From: an uncultured Acidibacter sp. | GTDB lineage: Bacteria > Pseudomonadota > Gammaproteobacteria > Steroidobacterales > Steroidobacteraceae | Reading direction: 5' to 3' | Assembly (NCBI GenBank): GCA_964584625.1 | Contig: CAZPAJ010000004.1 | Location: forward strand, 17,308 to 41,307 | Length of the DNA: 24,000 nt | Shown: piece after piece, positions 15,818 through 24,000 of the stretch | Layout of the letters: each line of letters opens with the position of its first letter | Position numbering within the stretch: the first letter of the stretch is position 1 | The notes under the pieces: model-generated | Seen by the model: only the letters and a program-made list of their open reading frames with translations | What the model was told of the DNA's origin: nothing | Databases searched by the model: none | Translations under genes and position numbers: made by a program

Positions 15818-17166
15818 GTCATTCCCGAAGGGTTCCCGTTTGCGCCGAGACTATCGCCCGCCGCGGCCCGATACCAGTCGACCTTGCGGGTCAGCAGCAT
15901 GATCGCGGCGAGGATCACGAACAGCAGGACGGCGCCCAGCACCAGCGCGTTGTCCTCGCTCATCAGCAGCCCGTAGAGGGCGGCGTAGAGCGTGCCCAGC
16001 ATCGCGGCCATGCCGGCGCCGCGCCGCCAGCCGCCCAGCACGTGCCGCAGGTAGTAGCCGATCAGCCCCACGCAGGCGACGGCCGCGGCGAGATAGGCGC
16101 GGCCGAAGGCCAGGTGCTCCGACAGCGCGAGCAGCAGCAGGAAGAACGAGGCGATCGCGAGGCCGACGAGCACGTACTGGATCGGATGAACGCGCAGCTG
16201 CCGCAGGAACTCGAACATGAAGAAGGCGACGAAGGTCAGCAGCACGAACAGCAGCCCGTACTTGGTCGCCCGGTCCACCTGGGTGTAGACATCGACCGGA
16301 TCGACCAGCGAGACACTGACCGCCTCGAGCGGCGTGCCACCCTCCGCACCCCGCGCGCCGGGCCCGAATCGCGCCTGCGCCGATGTCGCGAGCGAGGAGA
16401 TCTCCCAGCGCGCGCTGAACCCCCGGGTGCCGATCGCGCGCGTGCGCGGCAGGAAGTCGCCGGCGAAGCGCGGGTGCGGCCAGTCGGATTGCAGCTCGAT
16501 CACGTTGCTGCCGGCGAGCGGCACGATCGACAGCGTCTCGGTGCCCTGCAGGGCGATGGCGAGTTCCGCATCGAAGCTCAGCGTCGATCCCGCGACCGGG
16601 GGCTCCAGGGTCGCATGTACGCCGCTGCCGGACTGCCCCCCGAGGCCCTGCTCGAGCCGCAGCGGGCGCCCGTCGACCTTCAGGCCAGGCAACCCCACGA
16701 GCCCGCGTACGTCGCCGATCCCGAAGCCCAGCCGCGGGCGGCCGATGCTGCGCGCCGCGGCCGGATCGTCGTCCTTCGGGATCTGCGCGCTGAAGCTCGC
16801 GCGCAGGTGCGAGTCGAGTTCGTAGAGCCGGACCTCGTGCAGGCCGAGCCGGCGCGGCGTCGGTCGCAGTGTGCCGGCCGCGTGCAGTGCGGTGGGGAAG
16901 AACGTCCAGGTCCCGGACTCGTCGCGCGGTTCCTGGCGCTCGACGCCCGCGGCGTCGACCCGCGTGACCAGGATCCGGCGGGTCCACGGCACGTACAGCA
17001 CGGGGCCGGCGACCGTCTGCGCGCCGGCGGTGCTGCGAGCCACCGTCTCGACGGCCTGCTGCCGGTGCCGCTGGCGGTCGCCCGCGGTGTCGTTGATCTG
17101 GCCGAGGGGCGGCAGCATCGCTGCCGTCAGTGCGAGGACGGTGAGGATCTTGAGCCCGAGACGCAT
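15814..17166 (-). CDS. creD: Cell envelope integrity / inner membrane protein CreD
   Basis: 450 aa with an N-terminal signal-anchor, a large periplasmic part and a C-terminal cluster of TM helices (KYGLLFVLLTFVAFFMFE...). It lies immediately downstream of creBC and is preceded by a Cre-tag. Confidence 0.85.
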   Translation of the reverse strand: MRLGLKILTVLALTAAMLPPLGQINDTAGDRQRHRQQAVETVARSTAGAQTVAGPVLYVPWTRRILVTRVDAAGVERQEPRDESGTWTFFPTALHAAGTLRPTPRRLGLHEVRLYELDSHLRASFSAQIPKDDDPAAARSIGRPRLGFGIGDVRGLVGLPGLKVDGRPLRLEQGLGGQSGSGVHATLEPPVAGSTLSFDAELAIALQGTETLSIVPLAGSNVIELQSDWPHPRFAGDFLPRTRAIGTRGFSARWEISSLATSAQARFGPGARGAEGGTPLEAVSVSLVDPVDVYTQVDRATKYGLLFVLLTFVAFFMFEFLRQLRVHPIQYVLVGLAIASFFLLLLALSEHLAFGRAYLAAAVACVGLIGYYLRHVLGGWRRGAGMAAMLGTLYAALYGLLMSEDNALVLGAVLLFVILAAIMLLTRKVDWYRAAAGDSLGANGNPSGMT

Positions 17167-17235
17167 GGTGGCTTCCCCAGTGAGCGGCGAGGGCCGCAGT
17201 GTCTGCTGCGCCTGCGGGGGCCCGATGCGGCCTGT

Positions 17236-17251
17236 GTGAAGCCGGCGTGAA
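17236..17251 (-). promoter_or_regulatory. Cre-tag (CreB binding site) direct repeat TTCAC-N6-TTCAC upstream of creD
   Basis: The minus strand reads TTCACgccggcTTCAC (plus strand GTGAAgccggcGTGAA). This is an exact match to the E. coli CreB consensus TTCACnnnnnnTTCAC. It sits in the 114-nt creC-creD spacer, about 70 nt upstream of the creD ATG at 17166. Confidence 0.7.
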
Positions 17252-17280
17252 GTCGCGCGCCGAGCGAAGGGCGGTGCGGG

Positions 17281-18732
17281 TCAGCCGGGCAGCACGAGCG
17301 AAGCGATCGCGCCGCCGCCCGGGCGGTTCGCCAGCGTGGCCTCACCGCCGTGCAGGGCGGCGACCTCGGCGACGAGGCAGAGGCCGAGTCCGCTGCTGCG
17401 GCTGCCGCCACCGGGCCGCGGCAGCGAGTAAAAGCGCTCGAAGGCCCGCGCCAGGGCGTAGTCCGGGATGCCGGGCCCGTCGTCGGTCACGTCGATGCGC
17501 CAGCGCGAACCCTCCTGCGTGATCCGCAGGGCGACGTGGCCTCCTCGCGGAGCGAAGTCCGCCGCGTTCTCCAGCAGGTTGACCAGCGCGAGCCGCAGCA
17601 GGAACGCGTCGCCCTGCACGGTCGCGACCTGCCCCGCGGTGCCGGGCTCGACATGGCCCTCGATGCCGCGGCCGGCGAGCTTCGGCTGCAGCTGTGCCAT
17701 GGCCTCCATCGCGAGCGGGTGAAGGTCCACGGGCGCGGGCTGCTCGAGGCGCTGCCGGTGCTCCACGGCCGCAAGCGCCAGCATCTTGTCGATCATCTCC
17801 GCCATCCGGTCGCCCTGCGCGCGGATCGTGGCGAGGAAGCGGGCGCGGTCGGCGGCGGACATCGACTCCGCGCCGGATTCCACCAGCTCGGCGCTGCTGC
17901 GGATCGCCGCCAGCGGGCTCTTCAGTTCGTGCGTCAGCGCGTGCACGTACTGCTCGACGTACTGCTTGCCCTCGAGGCGCTCGCGCATCGTGGCCAGCGC
18001 CGCGCCCAGGTCGCCGAACTCGCCTTTGAGCGCTGGCGATGCCACGCGCTCGCCGGCCGTCACGGCGTCGGCATAGCCGCGCAGCGCGCCGAGCTGCCGC
18101 GACAGCCACCAGGCCGCCAGCAGGCCGATGGCCAGCGCCGCGCCGAGCAGCACGAGGCCCCAGCCGAGGATGGTGCGCTGGCTGCGGGCGATGAAGGGCG
18201 CGATGGCCTGGTTCGGCTTGGCCACCGTCAGCACGCCGACGATGCGCGGCGTGCCGCCGCGGCGATCGACGATCGGCGCCGCCACGTGCATCACCGTGGA
18301 GTCCTCGTCGCCCGGGTCGCTGCGGGTCGAGCGCGCGCCGTAGCGGCCACGCAGCGTCAGGTGGACGTCGTTCCAGCGCGAGTAGTCCTCGCCCACCGCG
18401 CGGCCGGTCGAATCGAACACGACGATGCCGCGCGAGTCCGTGACGTAGACGCGGGTGCCGATGGCGCGTTTCTCGAAGCCCCAGATCGCCGCGCCGGGAT
18501 CCCGGTCCGAGAGTTCGCGGACGCTGGCCGCGAAGCGGCCGTCGGCGATGCGACCGGCGACCAGGTCGTCGCGCGCCTGCGCGGCGAGCAGGTTCGCGGT
18601 GTCGACCAGCGTGTCTTCCATGGTCTGGCGCACGCCGGGCTTCACTTCCTGCAGGAACACGCGGCCGAGCAGCAGCGCGGCCAGCGCCACGATCAGGAAG
18701 TAGCCGAGCAGGATGCGCAGCGCGATCCGCAT
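17281..18732 (-). CDS. creC: Sensor histidine kinase CreC
   Basis: It aligns with E. coli CreC from residue 1 (MRIALRILLGYFLIVALAA...QEVKPGVRQTMEDTLVDTANLLA; YSRWNDVHLTLRGRYGARST). It has the H-box ALTHELKSPLAAIR and an ATPase domain (NLLENAADF, DDGPGIP, GLGL). Confidence 0.9.
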   Translation of the reverse strand: MRIALRILLGYFLIVALAALLLGRVFLQEVKPGVRQTMEDTLVDTANLLAAQARDDLVAGRIADGRFAASVRELSDRDPGAAIWGFEKRAIGTRVYVTDSRGIVVFDSTGRAVGEDYSRWNDVHLTLRGRYGARSTRSDPGDEDSTVMHVAAPIVDRRGGTPRIVGVLTVAKPNQAIAPFIARSQRTILGWGLVLLGAALAIGLLAAWWLSRQLGALRGYADAVTAGERVASPALKGEFGDLGAALATMRERLEGKQYVEQYVHALTHELKSPLAAIRSSAELVESGAESMSAADRARFLATIRAQGDRMAEMIDKMLALAAVEHRQRLEQPAPVDLHPLAMEAMAQLQPKLAGRGIEGHVEPGTAGQVATVQGDAFLLRLALVNLLENAADFAPRGGHVALRITQEGSRWRIDVTDDGPGIPDYALARAFERFYSLPRPGGGSRSSGLGLCLVAEVAALHGGEATLANRPGGGAIASLVLPG

Positions 18733-18748
18733 CCCGCGCCCTGCCGAG

Positions 18749-19447
18749 TCAGCCGCCCGGCGCGGGGCTGCCCGCGTCGAGGGAGTAGCCGAGGCCGCGG
18801 TGAGTGCGGATCGGATCGGCGCCGTCCCCGCCGGCCGCGGCGCGCAGCTTCGCGCGCAGCGTCTTGACGTGGGTGTCGACCGTGCGGTCGCTGGTCTCGG
18901 GCGCGTCCGCCCAGACGCGGTCCATCAGCTGCGCCCGCGACAGCACCGCGCCGGGCCGCGCCAGCAGCGCCTCGAGCACGCCCAGCTCGTATCGTGTGAG
19001 CTCGAGCAACCGGCCGCGATAGCGGATCCGACGGCCCTCCCGGTCGATATCGAACGCGCCGATCCGCTGCCATGGGGGTGCCGCGCCGTCGTGGCGACGC
19101 AGCCGCGCCCGCACCCGCGCGACCAGTTCGCGCGGCGAGAACGGCTTGGTGACGTAGTCGTCGGCGCCGAGCTCGAGCCCGAGCACGCGGTCGAGCTCGG
19201 CCTGGCGAGCGGTCAGGAAGATGACCGGGAGGTCGCTCTCGCGACGCAGCGCCCGGCAGACATCGAAGCCGCTGGCGTCAGGCAGCCCGACGTCGAGGAT
19301 CAGCAGGTCGATGTCGCCCGCGCGGATCCTCGGCAGGACCGCGCCGCCGAGCAGCACGTGCTCGACGGCGAGGCCCTCCGCGCGCAGCGCATAGCCGATC
19401 GCCTCGGCGATCGCCGGCTCGTCCTCGGCGATCAGGATCGTGGGCAC
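18749..19447 (-). CDS. creB: OmpR-family response regulator CreB
   Basis: The receiver domain (ILIAEDEPAIAEAI...LLILDVGLPDASGFDVCRAL...YVTKPFSPREL) is followed by a winged-helix output domain (LTRYELGVLEALL...TVDTHVKTLRAKL...RGLGYSL). It is adjacent to creC. The GTG start at 19447 follows the mdh stop with no gap. Confidence 0.88.
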   Translation of the reverse strand: MPTILIAEDEPAIAEAIGYALRAEGLAVEHVLLGGAVLPRIRAGDIDLLILDVGLPDASGFDVCRALRRESDLPVIFLTARQAELDRVLGLELGADDYVTKPFSPRELVARVRARLRRHDGAAPPWQRIGAFDIDREGRRIRYRGRLLELTRYELGVLEALLARPGAVLSRAQLMDRVWADAPETSDRTVDTHVKTLRAKLRAAAGGDGADPIRTHRGLGYSLDAGSPAPGG

Positions 19448-20428
19448 TCAGCCCAGCAGGTCCTTGACGCCGTCACGCTCCTCGAGGAGCTCGCGGTAGG
19501 TCGCGTCCATCCGCTGGCGGCTGAATTCGTCGATCGCGAGGCCCTGCACGATCTCGTACTGGCCGCCGCGGCAGACCACCGGGTAGCTGTAGATCACGCC
19601 CTCGGGGATGCCGTAGCTGCCGTCGGACGGGATGCCCATCGACAGCCAGTCTCCCTGCGGCGAGCCATGGAACCAGTCGCGGATGTGGTCGATCGCCGCC
19701 GAGGCCGCCGAGGCCGCCGACGAGGCGCCGCGCGCCTTGATGATCGCCGCGCCGCGCTGCTGCACGGTCGGGATGAAGTCCTTCTCGATCCAGGCGGAGT
19801 CGACCAGCGACTTCGCGGGCGCGCCCTTGACCAGCGCGTGATTGATGTCCGGGTACTGGGTGGCCGAGTGGTTGCCCCAGATGATCATCTTCTGGATGTC
19901 GTTGACGTGGCTGCCGGTCTTCTCGGCCAGCTGCGACAGCGCGCGGTTGTGGTCGAGGCGCGTCATGGCGGTGAAGCACTGGGGCTTCAGCGAGGGCGCG
20001 TTCTTCATCGCGATCAGCGAGTTCGTGTTCGCCGGATTGCCGACCACGAGCACGCGCACGTCGCGGCTCGCCACGTCGTTCAGCGCCTTGCCCTGCGCCG
20101 AGAAGATCTGCGCGTTGGCGAGCAGCAGGTCCTTGCGCTCCATGCCGGGTCCGCGCGGGCGCGCGCCGACCAGCAGCGCGGCATGGCAGTCCTTGAACGC
20201 GACGCGGGCGTCGTCGGTCGCGACCACCTTGTTCAGCGTCGGGAAGGCGCAGTCGTTCAGTTCCATCACCACGCCCTGCAGTGTCGGCAGCGCCGGCGTG
20301 ATCTCGAGCAGGTGCAGGTTGACGGGCTGGTCGGGGCCGAGCAGCGCGCCGGAGGCGACACGGAAGGCGAGGGCGTAGCCGATCTGGCCGGCGGCGCCGG
20401 TGATGGCGACGTTCAAGGGCTGTTTCAT
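19448..20428 (-). CDS. mdh: Malate dehydrogenase (326 aa, LDH-like type)
   Basis: Key motifs are [41 protein letters not shown] and [16 protein letters not shown] lies 7-10 nt upstream of ATG 20428. Confidence 0.93.
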   Translation of the reverse strand: MKQPLNVAITGAAGQIGYALAFRVASGALLGPDQPVNLHLLEITPALPTLQGVVMELNDCAFPTLNKVVATDDARVAFKDCHAALLVGARPRGPGMERKDLLLANAQIFSAQGKALNDVASRDVRVLVVGNPANTNSLIAMKNAPSLKPQCFTAMTRLDHNRALSQLAEKTGSHVNDIQKMIIWGNHSATQYPDINHALVKGAPAKSLVDSAWIEKDFIPTVQQRGAAIIKARGASSAASAASAAIDHIRDWFHGSPQGDWLSMGIPSDGSYGIPEGVIYSYPVVCRGGQYEIVQGLAIDEFSRQRMDATYRELLEERDGVKDLLG

Positions 20429-20502
20429 CTGGTTCTCCGCGAAAACAGGCGGGCAATTCTAGTCGATCGACGATCCTGGGGCGGGGCGGCGCTGCCTCGC
20501 GC

Positions 20503-20531
20503 TTGACACTGAATTAGTGTTGTAGTTAAAT
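20503..20531 (+). promoter_or_regulatory. Candidate sigma70 promoter of the small-protein/YtrA/ABC operon
   Basis: TTGACA (20503-20508), a 17-nt spacer, then TTAAAT (20526-20531). It sits in a roughly 40-bp AT-rich island that stands out from the GC-rich background. The predicted TSS is about 20538-20540. Confidence 0.55.
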
Positions 20532-20534
20532 ACA
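20506..20534. promoter_or_regulatory. Two adjacent palindromes overlapping the -35 and -10 elements; candidate operator(s), possibly for the downstream YtrA-type GntR regulator
   Basis: ACACTgaattAGTGT (20506-20520) is a perfect 5-bp-arm inverted repeat overlapping the -35 element. TGTAgTTAAaTACA (20521-20534) is 12/14 symmetric and overlaps the -10 element. Confidence 0.45.
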
Positions 20535-20584
20535 TCACCATGAAGCCCGACCGAAGTCGGTGCGCACCACTCAGGAGTCCCGCC

Positions 20585-20785
20585 ATGATCTCGATCCATC
20601 CCGAAACCCCCAGCGCCCTTCTGGCCCCCTCCGCGCGGCGTGCCGCTGCGCTCGCCGCCGCCGTCGTGGCTCTCGCGCTCACCGGGCTGGCCGGCTGGGG
20701 CTTCGTCGACTCGACCCGCGTGGCCCGCTGGGTCGAGCCTGCCGCTGCAGCCGCCCAGACCCTGCCTGCTAGAGTAGTGCTGTAA
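20585..20785 (+). CDS. Small single-pass membrane protein (66 aa), unknown function
   Basis: ATG 20585 has AGGAG 7 nt upstream. The protein is MISIHPETPSALLAPSARRAAALAAAVVALALTGLAGWGFVDSTRVARWVEP..., with one clear TM helix. The same frame is open from ATG 20540, which would be a leaderless start at the predicted TSS. It is the first ORF after the promoter and precedes the GntR gene. No family recognised. Confidence 0.45.
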   Translation: MISIHPETPSALLAPSARRAAALAAAVVALALTGLAGWGFVDSTRVARWVEPAAAAAQTLPARVVL

Positions 20786-20827
20786 GGCGCTGCAACAGCA
20801 GTCCAGCCACGGACCGGAGCACGAAGC

Positions 20828-21226
20828 ATGGAGCCACAGTGGGACGACGGGGTGCCAATCTACCGGCAGCTGCGGGACCGGGTGGTCGCCATGATCCTCG
20901 AGGGCGTGCTGAAGGAGGGCGACCCCCTGCCCTCCGTGCGCAACGTCGCGGCCGAGTTCCGGCTCAATCCGCTGACCGTGCTCAAGGGCTACCAGCAGCT
21001 GGTCGACGAACAGCTCGTCGAGAAACGCCGCGGCCGTGGCATGTATGTGAACACCGGGGCGCGTGCCGCCCTGCTCAAGGACGAACGCCAGCGCTTCCTC
21101 GACGGCGAATGGCCGAAGACCCGCGCGACCATCCAGCGCCTCGGCCTTCGAGTCCAGGATCTGCTCGGCGACCTGCCCGCCGGCGGAGCACCCACAGGAG
21201 ACTCCGATGACCCCTCCCGTGATTGA
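20828..21226 (+). CDS. GntR-family transcriptional regulator, YtrA subfamily (short C-terminal domain)
   Basis: It has a winged HTH (PIYRQLRDRVVAMILEGVLKEGDPLPSVRNVAAEFRLNPLTVLKGYQQLVDEQLVEKRRGRGMYV) and only about 60 aa after it. It is followed by an ABC ATPase, as is typical for YtrA-type operons. Confidence 0.85.
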   Translation: MEPQWDDGVPIYRQLRDRVVAMILEGVLKEGDPLPSVRNVAAEFRLNPLTVLKGYQQLVDEQLVEKRRGRGMYVNTGARAALLKDERQRFLDGEWPKTRATIQRLGLRVQDLLGDLPAGGAPTGDSDDPSRD

Positions 21227-22070
21227 GGCCCGCGGCCTCGTCAAGACCTACCCGGGCGGCCAGCGTGCGCTCGACGGCGCGGGCTTTTCCGTCCAGCCAG
21301 GCCGCATCGTCGGCCTCGTCGGCCCGAACGGCGCCGGCAAGACCACGCTGCTGAAGGCCATCCTGGGCCTGACGCAGTTCGACGGCGAGCTGCGGGTGCT
21401 CGGCCGCGACCCTCGCCGCGAGCGCGACCTGCTGATGCAGGACGTCTGCTTCATCGCCGACGTGGCCGTGCTGCCGAAGTGGCTGCGGGTCAGCGACGCG
21501 CTCCGCTACGTCGAGGGTGTGCACCCGCGCTTCGCGCGCCAGCGCGCCGAGGACTTCCTCGGCCGCACCGACATCCCGCTGCGCAGCCGGGTCCGCGAAC
21601 TGTCCAAGGGCATGGTCACCCAGCTCCACCTCGCGCTGATCCTCGCGATCGACGCGCGACTGCTGGTGCTCGACGAGCCCACGCTCGGCCTCGATCTGCT
21701 CTACCGCCGCGCGTTCTACGACACGCTGCTCAACGACTACTTCGACCAGCAGCGGACCATCCTCGTCACCACCCACCAGGTCGAGGAAGTCGAGAACCTG
21801 TTCACCGACGTGCTGTTCATCCGCCGCGGCCGGATCGTGCTCGACGCCGACGTCGAGTCGCTCGCGGAACGCTTCGCGCAGCTGATGGTCGCCCCCGACC
21901 AGGCTGAGGCCGCGCGCGGCCTGGGGCCCTTCCACGAGCGCGAGGTGTTCGGCCGCCGCGTGATGACCTTCGAGGGTCGCAGCCGCGAGGAGCTCGCCGC
22001 GCTCGGTGAGGTCCGCACCCCGTCCATCGCCGACCTGTTCGTTGCCCGCATGCAGGAGAGCCGCTCATGA
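21207..22070 (+). CDS. ABC transporter ATP-binding protein
   Basis: It has Walker A GPNGAGKTT, a degenerate signature LSKGMVTQ, Walker B LLVLDEPTLGLD and the H-loop TTHQ. ATG 21207 has AGGAG 6 nt upstream and overlaps the GntR gene end by 20 nt. Confidence 0.9.
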   Translation: MTPPVIEARGLVKTYPGGQRALDGAGFSVQPGRIVGLVGPNGAGKTTLLKAILGLTQFDGELRVLGRDPRRERDLLMQDVCFIADVAVLPKWLRVSDALRYVEGVHPRFARQRAEDFLGRTDIPLRSRVRELSKGMVTQLHLALILAIDARLLVLDEPTLGLDLLYRRAFYDTLLNDYFDQQRTILVTTHQVEEVENLFTDVLFIRRGRIVLDADVESLAERFAQLMVAPDQAEAARGLGPFHEREVFGRRVMTFEGRSREELAALGEVRTPSIADLFVARMQESRS

Positions 22071-22987
22071 ATGCCCGCAGCTTCGCCATGCTCGTCCGCC
22101 GCGAGTTCTGGGAGCATCGCGGCCTGGTCTGGGCGCCGGTGGTCACGGCCGCGCTGCTGGTCGTGCTCAGCTTCTTCGGCTCGGCGCAGACCGGCGGAGT
22201 CCAGATCCAGGTCGACGGCGAGGGCGCGGGTTTCCTGCGCGAGATGTCGGGCGCCTCGCAGCTGAAGTTCTTCGGCGTGTTCATCGGCGCCATGCTCGTG
22301 CCGCAGCTCGTGGTCGCGCTGATCGTGCTGTTCTTCTACCTGCTCGACTGCCTGTACACCGAGCGCCGTGACCGCAGCATCCTGTTCTGGAAGTCACTGC
22401 CGGTGTCCGACTCGGCCACCGTGCTCGCCAAGACGTCCGTCGCCCTGGTTGCCGTGCCGTTGTTCGTCTACGCGCTCTCTGTCGTCGTCAGCGCCTTGAG
22501 CTTCGCCGCCGTCGCGTTCAAGGTGTCCGGCACGCCCTACGCCGCGCTCGGCACCTGGCACACGGGCGCCTGGCTCGCGATCCAGGGCACGCTGCTCGTG
22601 AACCTGCTCGTCGCCTCGCTCTGGTACGCGCCGCTGGCCGCCTACCTGCTGCTCGTGTCGGCCTGGGCGCCGCGCGCCGTGGTGCTGTGGGCCGTGCTGC
22701 CGCCGCTGCTCCTGAACATTGCCGAGCGGGTGGCCCTGGGCACGCAGCATGTGTCCGACTTCCTCGGCGACCGGCTGTGGGGCTACTTCCAGGCCATGGG
22801 CATGGCCGGGCCGCAGTCGCGGGCCACCGCAGGTTCCGGCTCGGGGGCGGAGGTGATGGCGGATCTCTACCGCCGCATCGACGTCTCGCACCTGCTGTCG
22901 AGCGCGGACCTGTGGCTCGGCGTCGCCGCCGCGGCGGTGATGATCTGGGGCGCGATCCGCCTGCGCCGCTGGCGCGACGACGGCTAG
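22067..22987 (+). CDS. Polytopic membrane protein, probable ABC-2-type permease partner
   Basis: ATGA start/stop overlap with the ATPase gene. About 6 TM helices. The motif [17 protein letters not shown] follows TM2, as seen in permease-like partners of YtrA/ABC operons. Confidence 0.7.
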   Translation: MNARSFAMLVRREFWEHRGLVWAPVVTAALLVVLSFFGSAQTGGVQIQVDGEGAGFLREMSGASQLKFFGVFIGAMLVPQLVVALIVLFFYLLDCLYTERRDRSILFWKSLPVSDSATVLAKTSVALVAVPLFVYALSVVVSALSFAAVAFKVSGTPYAALGTWHTGAWLAIQGTLLVNLLVASLWYAPLAAYLLLVSAWAPRAVVLWAVLPPLLLNIAERVALGTQHVSDFLGDRLWGYFQAMGMAGPQSRATAGSGSGAEVMADLYRRIDVSHLLSSADLWLGVAAAAVMIWGAIRLRRWRDDG

Positions 22988-24000
22988 CCCGCCGGCGCCG
23001 CACCCGCGACGATGGCGGCCGAGGCCGCGCGCGCGCGGGCCCTCGCCTCGTCGATCGAGCCGGCGCGCGCGAGTGCCACGCCCATGCGCCGCTGGCCGCG
23101 CACCTCGGGCTTGCCAAAGAGCCGCAGCGCGGTGTCGGGCTGCTCCAGCGCCGCCTCGATGCCGGCGAAGCGCAGGTTGGCGGTGTCGCCCTCGACCAGC
23201 ACCGCGCTCGACGCAGACGGGCCGTGCTGGCGGATATTGGGCACGGGCAGGCCGAGGATCGCGCGCAGGTGCAGCGCGAACTGCGACAGGTCCTGGGAGA
23301 TCATCGTGACCATGCCGGTGTCGTGCGGCCTCGGCGACACCTCGCTGAACCAGACGTGGTCGCCCTTGACGAACAGCTCGACGCCGAAGAGGCCGCGGCC
23401 GCCGAGGTTGCCGGTCACGGCCGCGGCGATCCGCCGGGATTCCTCCAGCGCCCGCGCGCTCATCGGGTGCGGCTGCCAGGACTCGCGGTAGTCGCCGTCG
23501 ACCTGCAGGTGGCCGATCGGCTCGCAGAACGCGGTGCCGGCGGCATGGCGCAGCGTCAGCAGGGTGATCTCGTAGTCGAAGTCGATGAAGCCCTCGACGA
23601 TCACCCGGCCCGCGCCCGCGCGGCCGCCCGCCTGCGCGTAAGCCCAGGCGGCGTCCACGTCGCCGGGGCTGCGCACGACGCTCTGCCCCTTGCCCGAGCT
23701 CGACATCACCGGCTTGACCACGCAGGGGAACCCCAGCGCCGCGACTGCCGCCTGGTAGTCGGATTCCGTCGAGGCAAAGCGGTAGGGCGAGGTCGGCACG
23801 CCGAGCTGCTCGGCCGCGAGCCGGCGGATGCCCTCGCGGTCCATGGTGAGGCGCGCGGCGCGCGCGGTGGGCACCACCGTGAAGCCCTCGGCCTCGAGTG
23901 CGAGCAGCTCCTGGGTCGCAATCGCCTCGATCTCCGGCACGATGAAGTGCGGGCGCTCGGCGAGCACGAGGGCGCGCAATGCCGCGGGGTCGAGCATCGG
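22984..24000 (-). CDS. purT: Formate-dependent phosphoribosylglycinamide formyltransferase (GAR transformylase 2); the N-terminus lies outside the window
   Basis: Collinear with E. coli PurT: [72 protein letters not shown] and [14 protein letters not shown]. The reading frame continues past nt 24000. Confidence 0.92.
   Translation of the reverse strand, partial: PMLDPAALRALVLAERPHFIVPEIEAIATQELLALEAEGFTVVPTARAARLTMDREGIRRLAAEQLGVPTSPYRFASTESDYQAAVAALGFPCVVKPVMSSSGKGQSVVRSPGDVDAAWAYAQAGGRAGAGRVIVEGFIDFDYEITLLTLRHAAGTAFCEPIGHLQVDGDYRESWQPHPMSARALEESRRIAAAVTGNLGGRGLFGVELFVKGDHVWFSEVSPRPHDTGMVTMISQDLSQFALHLRAILGLPVPNIRQHGPSASSAVLVEGDTANLRFAGIEAALEQPDTALRLFGKPEVRGQRRMGVALARAGSIDEARARARAASAAIVAGAAPAG

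Noticed and set aside
20456-20461. TAGAAT on the minus strand as a -10 element for mdh
   Set aside because: It is a good -10-like hexamer 27 nt upstream of the mdh ATG, but there is no acceptable -35 element at 16-18 nt. It is too weak to list as a feature.
71-20506. Other long antisense or alternative-frame ORFs in the track (71..1831-, 751..2400+, 2467..3414+, 2755..3708-, 3275..5107+, 4945..6315-, 13766..15499+, 15851..16987-, 16042..17250+, 17350..18867+, 18713..20506+ and 20459..21244-)
   Set aside because: Each overlaps a gene with strong homology-type evidence on the other strand or in another frame. Each translates to Arg/Ala/Pro/Gly-rich sequence typical of off-frame reading in high-GC DNA.
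1-24000. Search for tRNA/rRNA genes, CRISPR repeats, IS elements or terminal inverted repeats, integrases, toxin-antitoxin pairs and known defence genes
   Set aside because: Nothing of the kind was recognised. Intergenic space totals only a few hundred nt and is accounted for by the promoter regions described above.

Overview
Very GC-rich (about 70% by eye, not computed) proteobacterial chromosomal segment, almost entirely coding. I support 21 protein-coding genes, two of them partial at the window edges. I found no rRNA, tRNA, CRISPR array, IS element, integrase or phage gene. Left to right: (1) the tail of a sugar-nucleotide modification locus, with a Gfo/Idh/MocA oxidoreductase fragment and a WbpD/WlbB-like hexapeptide N-acetyltransferase; (2) a minus-strand operon gspA(exeA)-gspB-Dak2::DegV fusion, divergent from a plus-strand Sfp-type phosphopantetheinyl transferase and a short rhomboid protease that looks like a rhombosortase; (3) dinB; (4) a small secreted Cys-containing protein followed by an RND adaptor and RND pump; (5) a tightly packed 7.9 kb minus-strand block mdh-creB-creC-creD-fadE-DUF3667, with an exact Cre-tag direct repeat in front of creD; (6) an AT-rich promoter/operator island driving a small membrane protein, a YtrA-type GntR regulator, an ABC ATPase and a membrane component; (7) a partial purT. 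I do not see a clear-cut novel multi-gene system such as a defence island or mobile cassette. The observations most worth follow-up are the GspAB / Dak2-DegV / PPTase / rhombosortase divergon, the apparent recruitment of fadE, a DUF3667 gene and mdh into the CreBC unit, and the regulatory architecture of the YtrA-ABC operon. The many long ORFs antisense to real genes are treated as high-GC artefacts. Motif coordinates were hand-counted and cross-checked against ORF-track start and stop positions. They could still be off by 1 nt.
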